Under the pieces are notes generated by a model. It saw nothing but the letters and a program-made list of their open reading frames with translations, had not been told where the DNA came from and ran no database searches. Shown piece by piece: positions 50,243 through 64,000 of a stretch of 64,000 nt of DNA; position 1 is the first letter of the stretch, and the number at the start of each line of letters is the position of its first letter. The stretch is from positions 12,462,001-12,526,000 of the forward strand of contig NC_043001.1 of NCBI RefSeq assembly GCF_006345805.1. The letters are read 5' to 3'. The stretch comes from Octopus sinensis. Taxonomy: Eukaryota. The position numbers and the translations under genes are program-made.

Positions 50243-52342
50243 ATTCGCTTGGAGTTATGAATTGTATAATAATTTATTTAATTTCTATAAAAAAGCGAAA
50301 CAAAACCCCGCCGTTGGCTATACGAATCAACTGGACATATATCAGGACGATTTGCATCCAGAATTCAATCATTTTACTGCGAAGCAACTACGCCAACAAG
50401 CAGCATTTGTAGAATATAGAAAGACGGTTAGTACCGGTTACTTTATTAAAAAATTGAAACTTAACCTTCTTCCCAGCTCTATAAACAAGGACGAAATCGT
50501 GAATGATATAAAACCTCAACGTTGTTCCGCAGCTAGCGACATTTCAACAGATTCCACAGTGCCTGGCAGCCAAACTTTATTACTTGTACAAATACTGACC
50601 ATTGTCTCCCCTACTACGATTATGGTAAATAGCAGACACAACCGCAACGAATATCGTAGTAGTAGTGGTGATCAGGATTATATGCCAGTGAAATGAACCC
50701 TTCTTGAAATTTCTCGACAAGAATAACTTTATGCAAAGAATATGCCTGCGATGAAAAAGAGCCTTCACCTAGTTACAACAAGGATGTAGGGTTGGAATTT
50801 GGTCAGGAAAAATGTTTTAATATGGTTGTTAAAAGGGGGATAACTATAAACCATCAATGATAGTAATATCTCCATCAATGATTTGACTGTTTCCCCTGTA
50901 TATGATAAGGAATGTTACATGTGTCTATGGGTAGATGAAAAATATCTTACAATGGCATCTGTAACAAAACACGTGTCACTAAAGTATTTTACTGCCAACT
51001 AAAGAACATTTCAACCGCAGAACTCTCTGCATTCAATAAAACATGATCCACAATGTGTTTGCAGTGCCAGTACTCCATACCAATATTTAGACTGCATGAT
51101 TGGAAGCTTGATGAGATCCGAGCCATTGATGTCAAAACCCGAAAAATACTAAGAAGCACACATAACATCCACATAAACAGTGACATAGACCGCTCCTATC
51201 TAAAACGAAAACAAGGCGGCAGAGGCTTAAAATCAATACAAAATGCCTTTCAATGTCGCATCATATCCCTTCGGCAACAGATTTTAACCACAAAGTGTCG
51301 AACTGCATCCCTTGACCAAGTTTGCATATATGAGGCTGAAAATATCATAAGACTTGGAAGGCATCTCCTTGAGCAACACACTTTATCTAATAACCCAGAA
51401 TATATGCTCAAACAAGTCGCACGACTCTGCCGCAACGTATCATCAGATTAAAGGATGAGCCTGTATGAGCAGAAGACTATGTATAGTTATGTTAGTAGAA
51501 AGCTTCGCGATGATAGTAACATCGATAATGAAAGCAGTTTAACATGGACCCTTCGCCGTACAACTATCCCCCTTTTTGAAAGGTATGCGTTTGCAATCCG
51601 GGAACAGGAAATATCAACTAAATACCTAATACACAAAAGACTGAGAGATGCAGAAAAAGCCATAAAATGTGACAACCAATGCAGACTTTGTAGTGCACAA
51701 ACTGAAGATATTAACCACATCATAAGCAGTTGTCCGAAAATCTCATCATGGCATTATCTACCCATGTGACATGATGTTGTAGCCAGGACACTCTATAAGG
51801 AAATCCATCGGAAGGATAATCCCGAGGACAAAGAAATAAGAACCCACAATATGTTAGAAGCCATAGCCACTCATAATAAAAAGGAATACTGTTGGAATGT
51901 ACCAGTGAAGACCTCAATAAAATGTAAGCACACCAGACCTGATATAATAATTTGGGACTGAGAAGAGAAACTGTGTACAGTTGTGGAAATTAGCTGCCCA
52001 GCAGATGGTAGCATAAAGCTGAAGATCAGTGAATAAGAGAACACCAATGCTGATCTACTAAGAAAGCTGCAGCTAGTGTATCTAGATTACAAGTCCAGGT
52101 TTATAGTTATACTTATTGGATCTCTGGGCTATACAACACACTGCCTAAATACCAATCTTGAGAAATAATTCTTCTCAAAACCAGAAAGCAGAAAGCTAAT
52201 TCGAAAGCTACAGATCCAATCCAACACTAGAACTGTAAAGATCTATGAAACTTTCCAGAAGTTAATCATTTTTAACATATACAAGCATGTCTAGATATGC
52301 AATTATATGTATGAAAATACATTCATAAAACACACAAATCTG
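50243..52342 (+). mobile_element. R4-clade (RLE) non-LTR element, internally deleted, within (CATA)n
   Basis: N-terminal FYKKAKQNPAVGY..KQLRQQA; DVGLEFGQEKC; RKQGGRGL; CRLCSAQTEDINHIISSC; RPDIIIWD..EISCP; flanked by ACATACATA at the 5' end and (TACA)n at the 3' end. Confidence 0.92.
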
Positions 52343-53907
52343 CACATACATACATACATACATACATACATACATACATACATACATACATACATACATA
52401 CATACATACACACACATACATGCATACATACATACATATCTACATACATACATACATACATACATACACACACATACATACATACATACATACATACATA
52501 CATACATACATACATACATACATGCATACATACATACATACATCATACATACATACATACATGCATGCATACATACATACATACATAAATAGAAATAGAT
52601 ATATATTTCCGTTTTATCAAATAATGTATTGTCAAAGAACTGTAGGAATTAGCCGTTAGTATATTACACTTTATCCATGAACTTTCATTATGAAGATTTA
52701 TATTAATGACGTACACACTCATTTTCAAAACATTCCTAATGCTGATAGATGTAGTAGGCTTGGCCATTGATCTGGAAGAAACGTTTCTTATAGACTCAGA
52801 TTTATTAGGAATTATAGAAAAGTATGATTGAAATTTTGTTTCTTATATTATTCATCACCATATTGTGACCTCTGCAAATTAAGAGGTTATCTCAAAATTA
52901 TCGGGGTAAACAACTGTTCGTCTCCAATCGGCAGATAAACCATCGAGATATCTCTTGAAAAATAATCTATTTATCATACGACCTCAACTGAGAATTACAT
53001 TTTAATACTGTCTATAATATACACACACAAAAACACACATACACATAAACACAACCACGTACGTTTAAATATGAATATGCGAGTATATATGAATTCATGT
53101 GTGTGTGTTTGTCTTCTTAAGATTAGAAAATGTTTCTAGTTAGGCGTTTCTAAATCTATTTTAAGATCAATATAATGTCTAATGGCATCTTATTGTTAGG
53201 TTTACATTATGCCTGATGTGTTGAACATTTACAAGTTACTTAAAGGTTGCCCTTCACTCAACTCAAGCTTAAATCCAAACAATAGTGATTTAATCCACTA
53301 TATCGCAAAATGGGTAGCTTAATGTGAATAGCAGACAAAAAGTTTATCCAGAGGTTTACGAAACCTAATTTATAACTGTTATGAAGCGGTTCAAAATCGG
53401 TTGGCAATAACAAAATAAACTCGTACTGAATGCCTTGTAAGAATTTGTTATTAGTCTATAACTTTTGGCGAACCTGATTTTATATGTGAAGGGTGAATAA
53501 ACTAAATTCCAATAAAGTACTCACATTTTGAAGAATTTTATCAAATGTAGAATCAAAATGAATATTTATATTCTACGTATATGTTAATATGAAACAAAGG
53601 AGTTCTGTTTATCTTCATAAATGCTCGCTGATATGAACATTCGAAATAGAGGACGGTACAGCCAATCTATCAATAAAAGTAAAGCATCAAAATATATGCT
53701 TTTTTTTTGGTAATACTTTTCTCGCTGGATTGCGTGTTCGTTTATCTTTTCTACCATCTGCGATTTTACTTTGCGCTCATCTTATAACATTAAGACTGTT
53801 TAAATATTATTACGTAGGTGCTGTGGCAGACAGACAGGTAGATAGATGAATAGATAGATAGATAGATATATAGATAGATAGATAAGTAGATAGATAGAGA
53901 GAGAGAG

Positions 53908-53946
<39 letters not shown>

Positions 53947-53953
53947 GAGATAT

Positions 53954-53992
<39 letters not shown>

Positions 53993-55102
53993 TGTTTCTT
54001 TATTAGCCACACAGGGCTGCACACAGATAGAACAAATTACAGGTAGAGCTTTTCTTTTGAAGGTATTAAAAAAAAAAAAAAAAAAAAAAAGGGAAGGGGG
54101 AGGTTCGATCAAAAGGGATCGTAAAAGGAGAGAAAGAGGACAAAAATAAGGGGGGTTAAAAAAAAAAAAAAAAAAAAAAAGGGGGGGAGAGGAAAAAAAA
54201 ATGATCAATAGGGATCGTTATCACAGAAATGTCAATATGAAGTGTAAAGGGGAGGACAGGTGAGGTTTACCCGTGGAAAGAAAAGCCTGCGGAAAAGACC
54301 ACGGTAACCTCGGTCAATGAAGTCACATTTTATATTTCTTTTTTTTTTTTTTTTTTTTTTGCAAATAAGCAACTCTCTGTTTTCGATTTCTGGGTTCATA
54401 GGACTATGCTCAAGGTGGCTTCGTCATTCATACGTGCCATTCTTGCTACATTCACCCATCTTTTTTAAAACATTCGCTAGACAAAACTTGCCTCTCTACT
54501 CTCACTTTCCTTTTCAAGTGGTACTTGAAGAAGTTGATGAGAGATTGACCAGAGAGGAAAGTGTTTGTCTCCAATCCTTTCAGACGCGTCCACCAGATAC
54601 ATTCTTTCGCCATAGCCACAAGGATGATGAAAATAGCTCTTCCTTCCCGTTTGAAGGGAAGAGGCGTGACAATATTGACGATAGACTCAGCTGATAAACC
54701 GACTCGTCCCACACGTGACAGCAGTTGTTCGACATAAGCCCACAGGTCGGAAATTGTTGGACACTGAACGAGTGCGTGCAGAACGGTTTCGTCGCTCTGA
54801 CCGCATCTCGGGCAGGTCGGCCCCGTGTTTCTCGAGCCGTGTCTGTAGAGCTTATCCCGAACGGGTAGCGCTTCTCGGTAGCACTGCCAGGCCAGGGATC
54901 TCTGGAAGTTGTCCATGGGCCCTGGCCCGAAAGTCGTCCCGAACAGGCGGGTCAGGTACTCCTCGTCGACGTCCAGGTTCGCCCCGAGCTCGTCGTCGTA
55001 CCTCCCCTCCACTAAACCCCTATAGAATGCTTTGGTTGTGTTGAAGTCACTTAAGGTCGACCCAGGACGGCAGAGTTGCTTGAGAGCAACGCGACACTCG
55101 CG
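53993..55102 (-). mobile_element. 5'-truncated Tx1-like (L1 clade) LINE within (TATC)n
   Basis: LAWQCYREALPVRDKL..CPRCGQSDETVLHALVQC..; pyrimidine-rich 3' UTR with AATAAA just before the (TATC)n array; (GATA)n on both flanks. Confidence 0.88.
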
Positions 55103-55139
55103 GATAGATAGATAAGTAGATAGATAGATATATATATAT

Positions 55140-55232
<93 letters not shown>

Positions 55233-55246
55233 AGATAGATAGATAG

Positions 55247-55305
<59 letters not shown>

Positions 55306-55312
55306 TAGAAAG

Positions 55313-55345
<33 letters not shown>

Positions 55346-56489
55346 CAGACAGAGACAGAGAGAGGGGGCATAGTCAGACTCGTTTTATAGGTTTGTATAT
55401 TTATCTCTGCATTATTACAATACACATGCACTGAATCAAAGTCACATTGATAAAATCCTATGGAGTGTAGCACTCTCTTGACCAAGACTAGCAAGTACAG
55501 GATTGCATTGTTCATCGTATGCAAGTAGAAATATAATAGATGATGAGAACTTATATGTATATGAAACATCTGGTGATGCAGCTGAAATAAACTCCACCGA
55601 ATTTCAAAATAACTCAAAGAACATGTAAGTTAGTTACATGCCACTACAACATACAATTTAACCTACTGTGAGATGTAGATAAATATGGCTAAATCAATTA
55701 TTTAAAACACCTGTTGGGTCTTTTAAATAATTGATAGCTTTGTAATCAAATATGTGTTATATTTGTGAAAATTGATTAAAGGAAAATTAAGTTTTGTCTT
55801 GGAAGTTAACATAATGCTGGGGTCAGTCTAATTGAAATGAATATAGATTAATTTGAACGCGTTCCAACGCATTTAAAATCCAGTTCTCTCCATGTTCCGT
55901 TTAAATATTCATAAATGTGACACCTTAATTTAATGAAGATATATTTATTTACTCTTCGAATAAATAATGCAACAATACATGGAATATATGACATTATATG
56001 CTGTAACTTTATATTCTATGGGAAATGTTCGAAAGGTTTTTCAAAACCATTGAAATTCTTACGCCAAACCACTGGTATGTAAAGACGTACGTAAGAACAT
56101 AGATACAGAGACGAACTCACACAGTCACACAAGTATTCACTTCAATGCAACAAATCCTCATGGCAAATAACATAAGAACAGAAGCATATTTAAAAGCCAC
56201 AGATTATCTGAAAGATAACAGAACGAAGCCCCTCCATTTTCCCACCCAATAATAGCTTATACGAAATACGTTTATAGTAGTTTACGGACACAAAGGACGT
56301 TATTCTGAAAGTCCATTCAATTTCTTCCGGAATGTACGGCTTTATGCATATTTCACGTACATAAACACACATACACTCACAGAAACACACACAATCATGT
56401 ACATATACACACACACACGCACATATATATATGTATGTAAACCTGCCTTCGTCTTTTGTCTATTTTCATAAAGCTTCCCGTTATATATC

Positions 56490-56850
<361 letters not shown>

Positions 56851-57011
56851 AGATCTATGATATCGTATATCTTAGTAACAAAGTGAGGAAGTTAAGACAA
56901 GAAATTAAATGAAAAATACGAGTAAAAAAAACAAAAATCTTTAAAAAAGTTTTAAGGGGCAAGGGGAATAATAACAACCATGTTATCTATATTATATCTC
57001 TTGAAATACTC

Positions 57012-57225
57012 TTGGCACAAAACCCGGCATTTTGGGGGAGAAGGCCAGTTGATTATATCGACCTCAGTACACAACTGGTACTTAATTCATCGACTCCAAA
57101 TGGACGAAAGACAAAGTCTACCTCAGCAGAATTTGAACTCAGAACGTAAACACAGCAGAAGTACCGTTAAGTACCGTTAAGTATTTCGGCCGGTGTCTTA
57201 AAGTTTCTGCTACCTCGCCACCTTG
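57012..57225 (-). mobile_element. Older SINE family A-like copy
   Basis: CTGGTACTTAATTCATCGAC..GAATTTGAACTCAGAACGTAA. Confidence 0.8.
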
Positions 57226-58312
57226 AAATGAAGAATATTAACAACGTACATCGCCCAATGGGTTTTTAAGATGTCTTGTCGTCTAAAAATCTTCGCCGGT
57301 TACGTTAGTCAATTGGGGATTTGTGCTAAAATGTTTTAAACAGTCAATCCAACGAGGGAGCTTCCTATATTTCTATAACAGAAAATTTTCAAAATGTTTA
57401 TATCTTGTAGAATTCCACTTACCCCACATTTTGTTGCTTGATCCCGCTCTTCATTGAAATAAGGATATGTTGTTATTATTTTTTACTTATAAGAGCAGAC
57501 ACTTTTTCAGACTTTTAATGCTTTCTCTAAAATGCTCAACTTAATCCTGTTGTTCTTGTAACTTGTAATCTTTACACTATTTCTTTTGTATACTTGCTTT
57601 AAAAACAACTTTCGGCTCTTTTGGAAGTCAATTTTTCATAGACCAATATTTATTTTTCGTTTTGGCGTCCTTATATGACGGAATGAAGTGAACCTCATCT
57701 TCGTAGGCAACCGAATTAAACAAGCATAATTTGGCGAGATGTGAATGTAGTTGCACAATAAAATGTTTCTGAAAATGAAATACAGAGTCTTAAATTTTAT
57801 ATCGATTCTTGCTGCTAAACTTTAAATTCTTGTATATTATGTCTGCAATGGTATAATAATATAGAATACTGCTATAGAAGTTGACATAAAATGTGGTAAT
57901 AGCAGCCAAGAATGTATCTTACTGGCATTTACAATTGAGAAAAAAGTTAATTATCAACGAAGCTAAGAAGGCAGATCTGTTGCTTTAATAGGTAAAGTTT
58001 ATTAGAAATATATTCTGCTGAGTATTGAAGAAAATATACGCTGAAGAAACCAAAATTTTGTATCCTGTGAAAATTATGAAGTTACAATTTTCGACATTCA
58101 CACCGATAAAATCTACCCTGAAAAGAATTGGCTTGTCTTGCGTCACAAGAAATTTATATAGTTCTTGAGTAAGCCAGTGCATTGAGGACAGTGTGAAATA
58201 TTCAGAAACCAGCGTTTCAATTCATAATTGCATTATGACATTTGTTAGAGAGAGAAATTGAGAATTTTGACTCAATACATTAATTATTTAAACCCAAAAA
58301 TATAATATAACT

Positions 58313-58480
58313 ATAGGCGCAGGAGTGGCTTTGTGGTAAGTAGATTGCTTATCAACCACATGGTTACGGGTTCAGTCCCACTGCGTGGCACCTTGGTCAA
58401 GTGTCTTCTACTAAAGCTTCGGGCCGACCAAAGCCTTGTGAGTAGATTTGGTAGACGGAACCTGAAAGAGGCCCGTCATA
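58313..58480 (+). mobile_element. SINE family B 5' half
   Basis: Head to GCCCGTCATATA. Confidence 0.9.
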
Positions 58481-58809
58481 TAAATGTACATATATATATA
58501 TATATATATATATACAAACAAATTAATTAATGATTTTTTGGTTAATTTTGAAATTAAATCGGCAGTTTATATTTACTGCTGAGTAAACCGCGCGAACGCG
58601 GTGGATTTTGAAAATGTATAGCATATAGACACGAGGCATGCTCGTTATCGCCTCGTGAATATATGATAGTCCTTGGCTTTTCTGCTGATGAGTGCAGCAC
58701 CAGTGGTAAATAAATTTCATTTAATTTTATTTATTTACAAAATATTGCCGAAACTATGCATAGTCCAGAAAGGAAAGGGTAAACGTTTTTATTTCTCTTT
58801 CCATTTCAG

Positions 58810-58851
58810 AATTACAACTATTAGTGGTTTGGAGTTTAGATGCTCTTTCTA
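58810..58851 (+). CDS. Candidate 42-nt exon of an unknown gene
   Basis: TTTTTATTTCTCTTTCCATTTCAG | exon | GTGAGT; splice motifs only. Confidence 0.15.
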
Positions 58852-59011
58852 GTGAGTCGGATGTCCTATTATAGCCATCCCTTATATATTTGAATGTATA
58901 TTATATAGTCTATTGACTACTTTTTCTTTCTGACTCGACCGCTGGTAGCGGAGAATTTTTCTAGAATTTTTTGCTACCCTAAAATTTATTAATATATATA
59001 TATATATATAT

Positions 59012-59210
59012 GTCCCCCCCCCCAAATCGCTTGACAACCGATCCGGGTGTATTTACGTCCCCGTAACTTAGTGGTACGGCAAAAGAAACAGATATAATAA
59101 GTACTAAGCTTACAAAGAATAAGTCCTGGGGTCGATTTGTTTCGGCTAAAGGTGGTGCTCCAGCATGGCCACAGTCAAATGACTGAAATAAATAAAAGAA
59201 AAAAAAAGAA
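59012..59210 (+). mobile_element. SINE family B 3' half
   Basis: TGTCCCCCC..CGCTTGACAACCGAT..GACTGAAATAAATAAAAG. Confidence 0.88.
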
Positions 59211-60056
59211 TACAACACACTCCTAAGAGCGACTGCTTACTATACACAAGAACAAGTTCATGGAATATTTGAAAGGTTAAGGTTTTCCAAGAAGATATAG
59301 ACTAATAACTAAGTCTTACAAAGGATTTAGTACGAGTTTGTTTTGTTATTGCCAACTGATTTTGTACCGCTTCATAACAGATATAAATTAGATTTCGTAA
59401 ACCTCTGGATAAAAAAAAACATATCCTCGCCTCACCAACGGATATAAAATAAAGACCCATTTTAGTACACTCGTTGAATTTATTTGGTATCATTAATAGA
59501 TTAATAGTTTCATGAATGCATATAGCGAAATACTTTCCTCCCTTCCCCCACTGTATGGATATCTTATAGAAACCTTTAAGCGGACGCCGCGCATCGAGTC
59601 GAACATAGGGTGCGTAAATTTTTAAAATGAAGTATTGAGGTTTTCTCTGAAAGTACACACGTACACCCACATATACAGTAGAATCTTGGTTTTGCGAACA
59701 GCTCTGATCACGAATAAATCGTAGTTTATCTTCTGTCTTTCTCATATGCATTCAATACAGAATCACCCTGATTTACGAACGCCTCTGATGACGAATAAAT
59801 ATTCACGTTGTAAATTCACTAAAATCTTAATTCACAAATAAATATGACATACTCCACATTAAATATTATTAACCACACTAACAATTTAACCATCGGTTGA
59901 ATAAAAACGTTAAACTATTAAGGGGTTAATACCTATAATAACTCTAGTTTGTTCATTATCACGAATTAACACATTATATACTTAAATGTCTGAGGAACCA
60001 ACATATTTGGCGCCTCTGTACAATGTACTAAATTTAATTCTGATTATTTCGAATAG

Positions 60057-60094
60057 GTTTTCTCAAGAGAGTTTGCAATACCTTACTGGGAGAG
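60057..60094 (+). CDS. Candidate 38-nt exon of an unknown gene
   Basis: TTCTGATTATTTCGAATAG | exon | GAG-GTAAGC; all three frames open; no homology recognised. Confidence 0.2.
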
Positions 60095-61451
60095 GTAAGC
60101 AAATTTATAGGGCGGGAAACATAAAAAGTATGAGCATTTCGCTCCCATATCATATACTAAAGTTGTACATTTTGCTTGTCCGTATCTGCAATCCATCGAA
60201 ACAGCCTATGGTCAATGGCATTCCAGCTCTGACCACTCGGTCTTAACTCATAAAATGCTGGGATTTGTACTTACATAGCATGGGATGATGAGCATATTTT
60301 ATGAAAATGAGACGACCATGCACACTTAAAAAAACCCAAAAAAATAGTTAAAATATCTTAGTATATAATGGCGGCAAGTTTTACATAATCTGAAAAGTCA
60401 TTATTTGAACCTTCTCTTGACAGAGATTTCAACAAACGCCCATAAATCAAATGCATCCAACTGGGCCACGATCGTGGCCGGCCGGCCTGTACTTGATGGC
60501 CATGATCGTGTTCCATTGCGCTTTATGTATTAATATTATGTATATGGGGCCAAAAAAACTTTATCACACGATACCGTTTCATGTGGCGGTGTTCATCACC
60601 AGCGGAAGCAAAAACTTCTAAGAGAAAAGGGAGAAACAAACTACAAGAGAAAAGGTCTCGACAAAATGAAAGATGCCCGCCACATTACAATGTAGTCAAT
60701 GTTGTTGACTCTTCTGTATAAAACTTAGTCCACAAGTAACCAAAGGAACCGTTAAGCAAAGAAAGCTATATTCTCAGATACGAGATAAAACCAACGACGA
60801 TTACGTTGTAATTTGAGGTATAATTCGCTATTAATTCTTGCACGCAGAGGGATCACACAGATTCTTTGTCATTTGGTTGTTTTACATGTCAAATGTTAAT
60901 CATGTCCGTTGTAGTGTTAGACAATTTAAAGTTGGTGAATGAGAAAAATCATTGGGAGGTGACTCATAGAGAGGCACTTTTTATCATAATGGAAACTTAC
61001 GTTTTAAAATGAAAATCCGTAGCACCGAATGTCATAAAAGGATATCTGAACTGTATGGAATTACGCAGTCTCTCTACAAATTGTTGTCCCGTTAAACACT
61101 AATGTAATAAGTCACTTTATATGACTTATGGTAATTTTCCCTATTTTCATTTCTATTTTTAAGAAATAAAACTGTGCTGCGGAATTCACCTTTTATATAA
61201 ATCCTTAAAGTATCTAAGAAAATAACAACGTAAAGGTAATGCCTGGCAAGCTGGCTTTATCCTTTCAGTAATGCGAATATAAAAGCAAATCTACTGCTCT
61301 TAAGAGTTTTTGGCTCAAATGCCGGAGAAGAGTTTTATGAGAATGAAAATAAAACTTAGTTTAGAATAAATGGAATTATAGCATCTCGGTTCGCAGTAAA
61401 AGTAATCAGCTGGAAATAAATGACAAATGGAAGTGCATCTCTTTAAAAAGC

Positions 61452-61465
61452 TATTATTATTATTA

Positions 61466-61558
<93 letters not shown>

Positions 61559-61574
61559 CATTATTATTATTATT
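61452..61574. repeat. (ATT)n microsatellite
   Basis: Directly visible. Confidence 0.97.
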
Positions 61575-62173
61575 CTGTGTTTGACTTTTGCTTTATATTT
61601 GTACAAGTTGGCTCCAAGTCTCACCCAGAGACCTCAAGAGACAACAGGGTTGGAAGTTCATGTTGTTGTTATGCCTAGTGTGCCATATATTTGGGGGGTG
61701 GGGATGTTGTACTAATGAATGTCTAAAAAAAAAATTTTTTTTTTTTTTTTTTTTTAAACCGAAAATTATGGTTGTTTGAAACCTTGAGGTTACATAGAGA
61801 GTATTTTGCGTAGGATATGAGCAGTTCCCATGAGCACTATCTTTTGAACTTCTGCCATTTTTGGGTTTCCTGGTATCTGAGTTAGGTAGCTATCAGCCCC
61901 TTTTGCTATCATTCCCAGGGCACTATGACAACAGGTATTGTTTTAGTCTTCAGCTTCCACATTTTGCTGATTTCTATTCAAGATCTTTATATTTGCTCAG
62001 TTTTTGGTAGGTCCTGACAGATACGTTTATATCGATTGGGACAGTCATATCAATGAGAGGCATGTTCTTTGTTTGAAGTCTTTCAATATGATGTCTGGCC
62101 TATTTGCATCTATCTTCCTGTCAGTTTGAATGGTGAAGTTCCAGAGGAGTGAGATGTGGTCATTTTCAAGCAC
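61575..62173 (-). mobile_element. 5'-truncated Dong-like R4-clade LINE within (TAA)n
   Basis: LLWNFTIQTDRKIDANRPDIILKD..LIDMTVP..KLSKYKDL..GTAHILRKILSM*, then a 3' UTR ending in (AAT)n; (ATT)n on both flanks. Confidence 0.93.
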
Positions 62174-62195
62174 ATTATTATCATTATTATTATTA

Positions 62196-62226
<31 letters not shown>

Positions 62227-62339
62227 CATTATTATTATTATTATTATCATCATTATTATTATCATTATTATATTATTATTATTATTATTATTATTATCAT
62301 TATTATTATTATATTATTATTATTATTATATCATTATTA

Positions 62340-62376
<37 letters not shown>

Positions 62377-62457
62377 CATTATTATTATCATTATTATTAT
62401 ATCATTATTATTATTATTATTCTTATTATTACTTTCATTATTATTATTATTGTTATT

Positions 62458-62537
<80 letters not shown>

Positions 62538-62546
62538 CATTATTAT
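62174..62546. repeat. (ATT)n/(ATC) microsatellite
   Basis: Directly visible. Confidence 0.97.
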
Positions 62547-63489
62547 CTCTGTTCATATACAATACGGTGTTTTCCATTTTTCCTGCTTAACACTCCTTTC
62601 TTCTTCGATATTCTTTTTATCTCCACGTGTTTCTGTATATTTATTTGTCGTCTCCATCACCTTCAAGGTAAATCTCAATATACTTTCTTAACACCGGAGT
62701 AAATTTCAATGTATTGTGTTTATATAACCTTGCTATTTCTCTAAATGCAAACCTGCTATTTCTTTAAATGTATCATTTTACTTGGAAGTATGTGACAAAA
62801 TGAGATTCACGGAACATATTTCTGTAGATAAGAATTATTGATTTCACTGATATTGTGATATTGAGACTGAAATTCGGTAGGTCTACTCTTATAAAAAAAA
62901 ATGCAGTGGGGTCATTGGTAAATAAGCTTACTAGGAGGGACGAAAAAAGTTCATTGTTGTGGTGCAGAAGTGGAATATACCCCAGGTTAGTCAAGATAAG
63001 CTTTGTGATCAAGGAGACCAAGCGCTGTTCGGGTAGCGACAAAAAGACAAAATTAGATTGATACAAAAATTCGACATATCAGACCCAGAGTAGATGAATA
63101 CGGCCAAATAGCCTGCTATAGTCTCACTGGATTGCATGTGATATAACAGAAGCGATACGTGAATCTTAGCAGTGATATAATCGTGGCAAATATAATTTTA
63201 TAAAGGGTCACGACACTAATGTATGAATACGGAATAATTGTCTCGTTTTTCAAAATGTTCTCTTAGAATTTCCCACAAATAATATGTTATGGATATGTGA
63301 AATGTATGGAAAAAGCGATGTGTGGAGGTATGAAACCATTTCAAGCAGCTTGGAAACTTTATTTGCATCTTTGTTTTATAGATAAATTATATATAGTGCA
63401 ATTTGGTTTCTACTTGGTTACTAGATAGTTTTTTATTTCATATATTATAGGAAAATAGTAAATGTGATTATGCGTTATATCCTATATTT

Positions 63490-63856
63490 TATTTCGTTTT
63501 TGGATTTGGTTTGCAAGATACTTTATATGAGTTTGTGTTTTGAAGCATAATCACTAATTGAGCTTTGTAGAATTATGCATAATGTAATAAATTATAGTCT
63601 GTTGTATCTGGGGAGAGTCATTTTCTTTTTGTACTTTATAATGTAACACACTCACCGGCAAAATTTCCACTTATTTCTTATTTTTATTTTCCTAAAATAA
63701 GACGCAACGAAAATTTTGGGAAAATAAAAATAAGAAAAAAGTGGAAATTTTACCGGTGAGTGTGTTAAATTATGAGGCACAAAAAGAAAATTACTCTCCC
63801 CACATACAACAGACTATATTTTATTACCTTATGCATAATTCTACAAAGCTCAATTA
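63490..63856. repeat. Palindromic repeat (arms about 63555-63698 and 63713-63856), same family as 35821-36118
   Basis: TAATTGAGCTTTGTAGAATTATGCATAA..TTATGCATAATTCTACAAAGCTCAATTA. Confidence 0.92.
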
Positions 63857-64000
63857 AAGATTAAAATGCAGAATTAAAATTGAATGGACAGGGTTGAATA
63901 TAAAAGGCTTCATTTACCTTTTCGAAATAAATATAATTTGGATTTTACAATACTTATTGTTTGATGCATTATTTGTTTTAAAATGAAAATTTGGAACATA

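Noticed and set aside
60057-60094. FAIPYW frame resembling the tyrosinase/haemocyanin PYWD motif
   Set aside because: The following residue is E, not D/N, no copper-binding His motifs are nearby, and the spliced continuation stops after a few codons.
62773-63300. ORFs 62773-63066 (-) and 62855-63061 (+)
   Set aside because: No recognisable motif or splice support; too weak to call.

Overview
AT-rich, repeat-saturated eukaryotic DNA with no intact protein-coding gene that I can support. The tRNA-headed CORE-type SINE families, huge (TA)n/(GATA)n/(TACA)n/(ATT)n arrays and transposon spectrum point to a coleoid cephalopod, most likely Octopus (inference). The largest element is a decayed Gmr1-like Ty3/Gypsy LTR retrotransposon (5998-11725) with TGTTACG..CGTAACA ends, a 4-bp ATAT TSD, a tRNA-Pro PBS, SCAN-like Gag, a zinc knuckle and a protease. 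Where the rest of pol should be, it carries an intronless fragment of the host co-chaperone gene DNAJC25. The window also holds six SINE families (my working labels A-F), RTE, Penelope-like (two ends with minimal hammerhead-like motifs), R4/Dong and Tx1 non-LTR relics. Four non-LTR lineages each sit in a different microsatellite. DNA elements include mariner, a full-length DD37D (maT) copy, Helitron/Helentron non-autonomous copies, several long palindromes/foldbacks and a 1.35-kb tandem duplication. A few splice-site-bounded segments may be small exons of an unidentified host gene (low confidence). Nearly all long ORFs in the supplied track are microsatellite artefacts. All homology calls are by eye and from memory of family motifs; no search or alignment was run.
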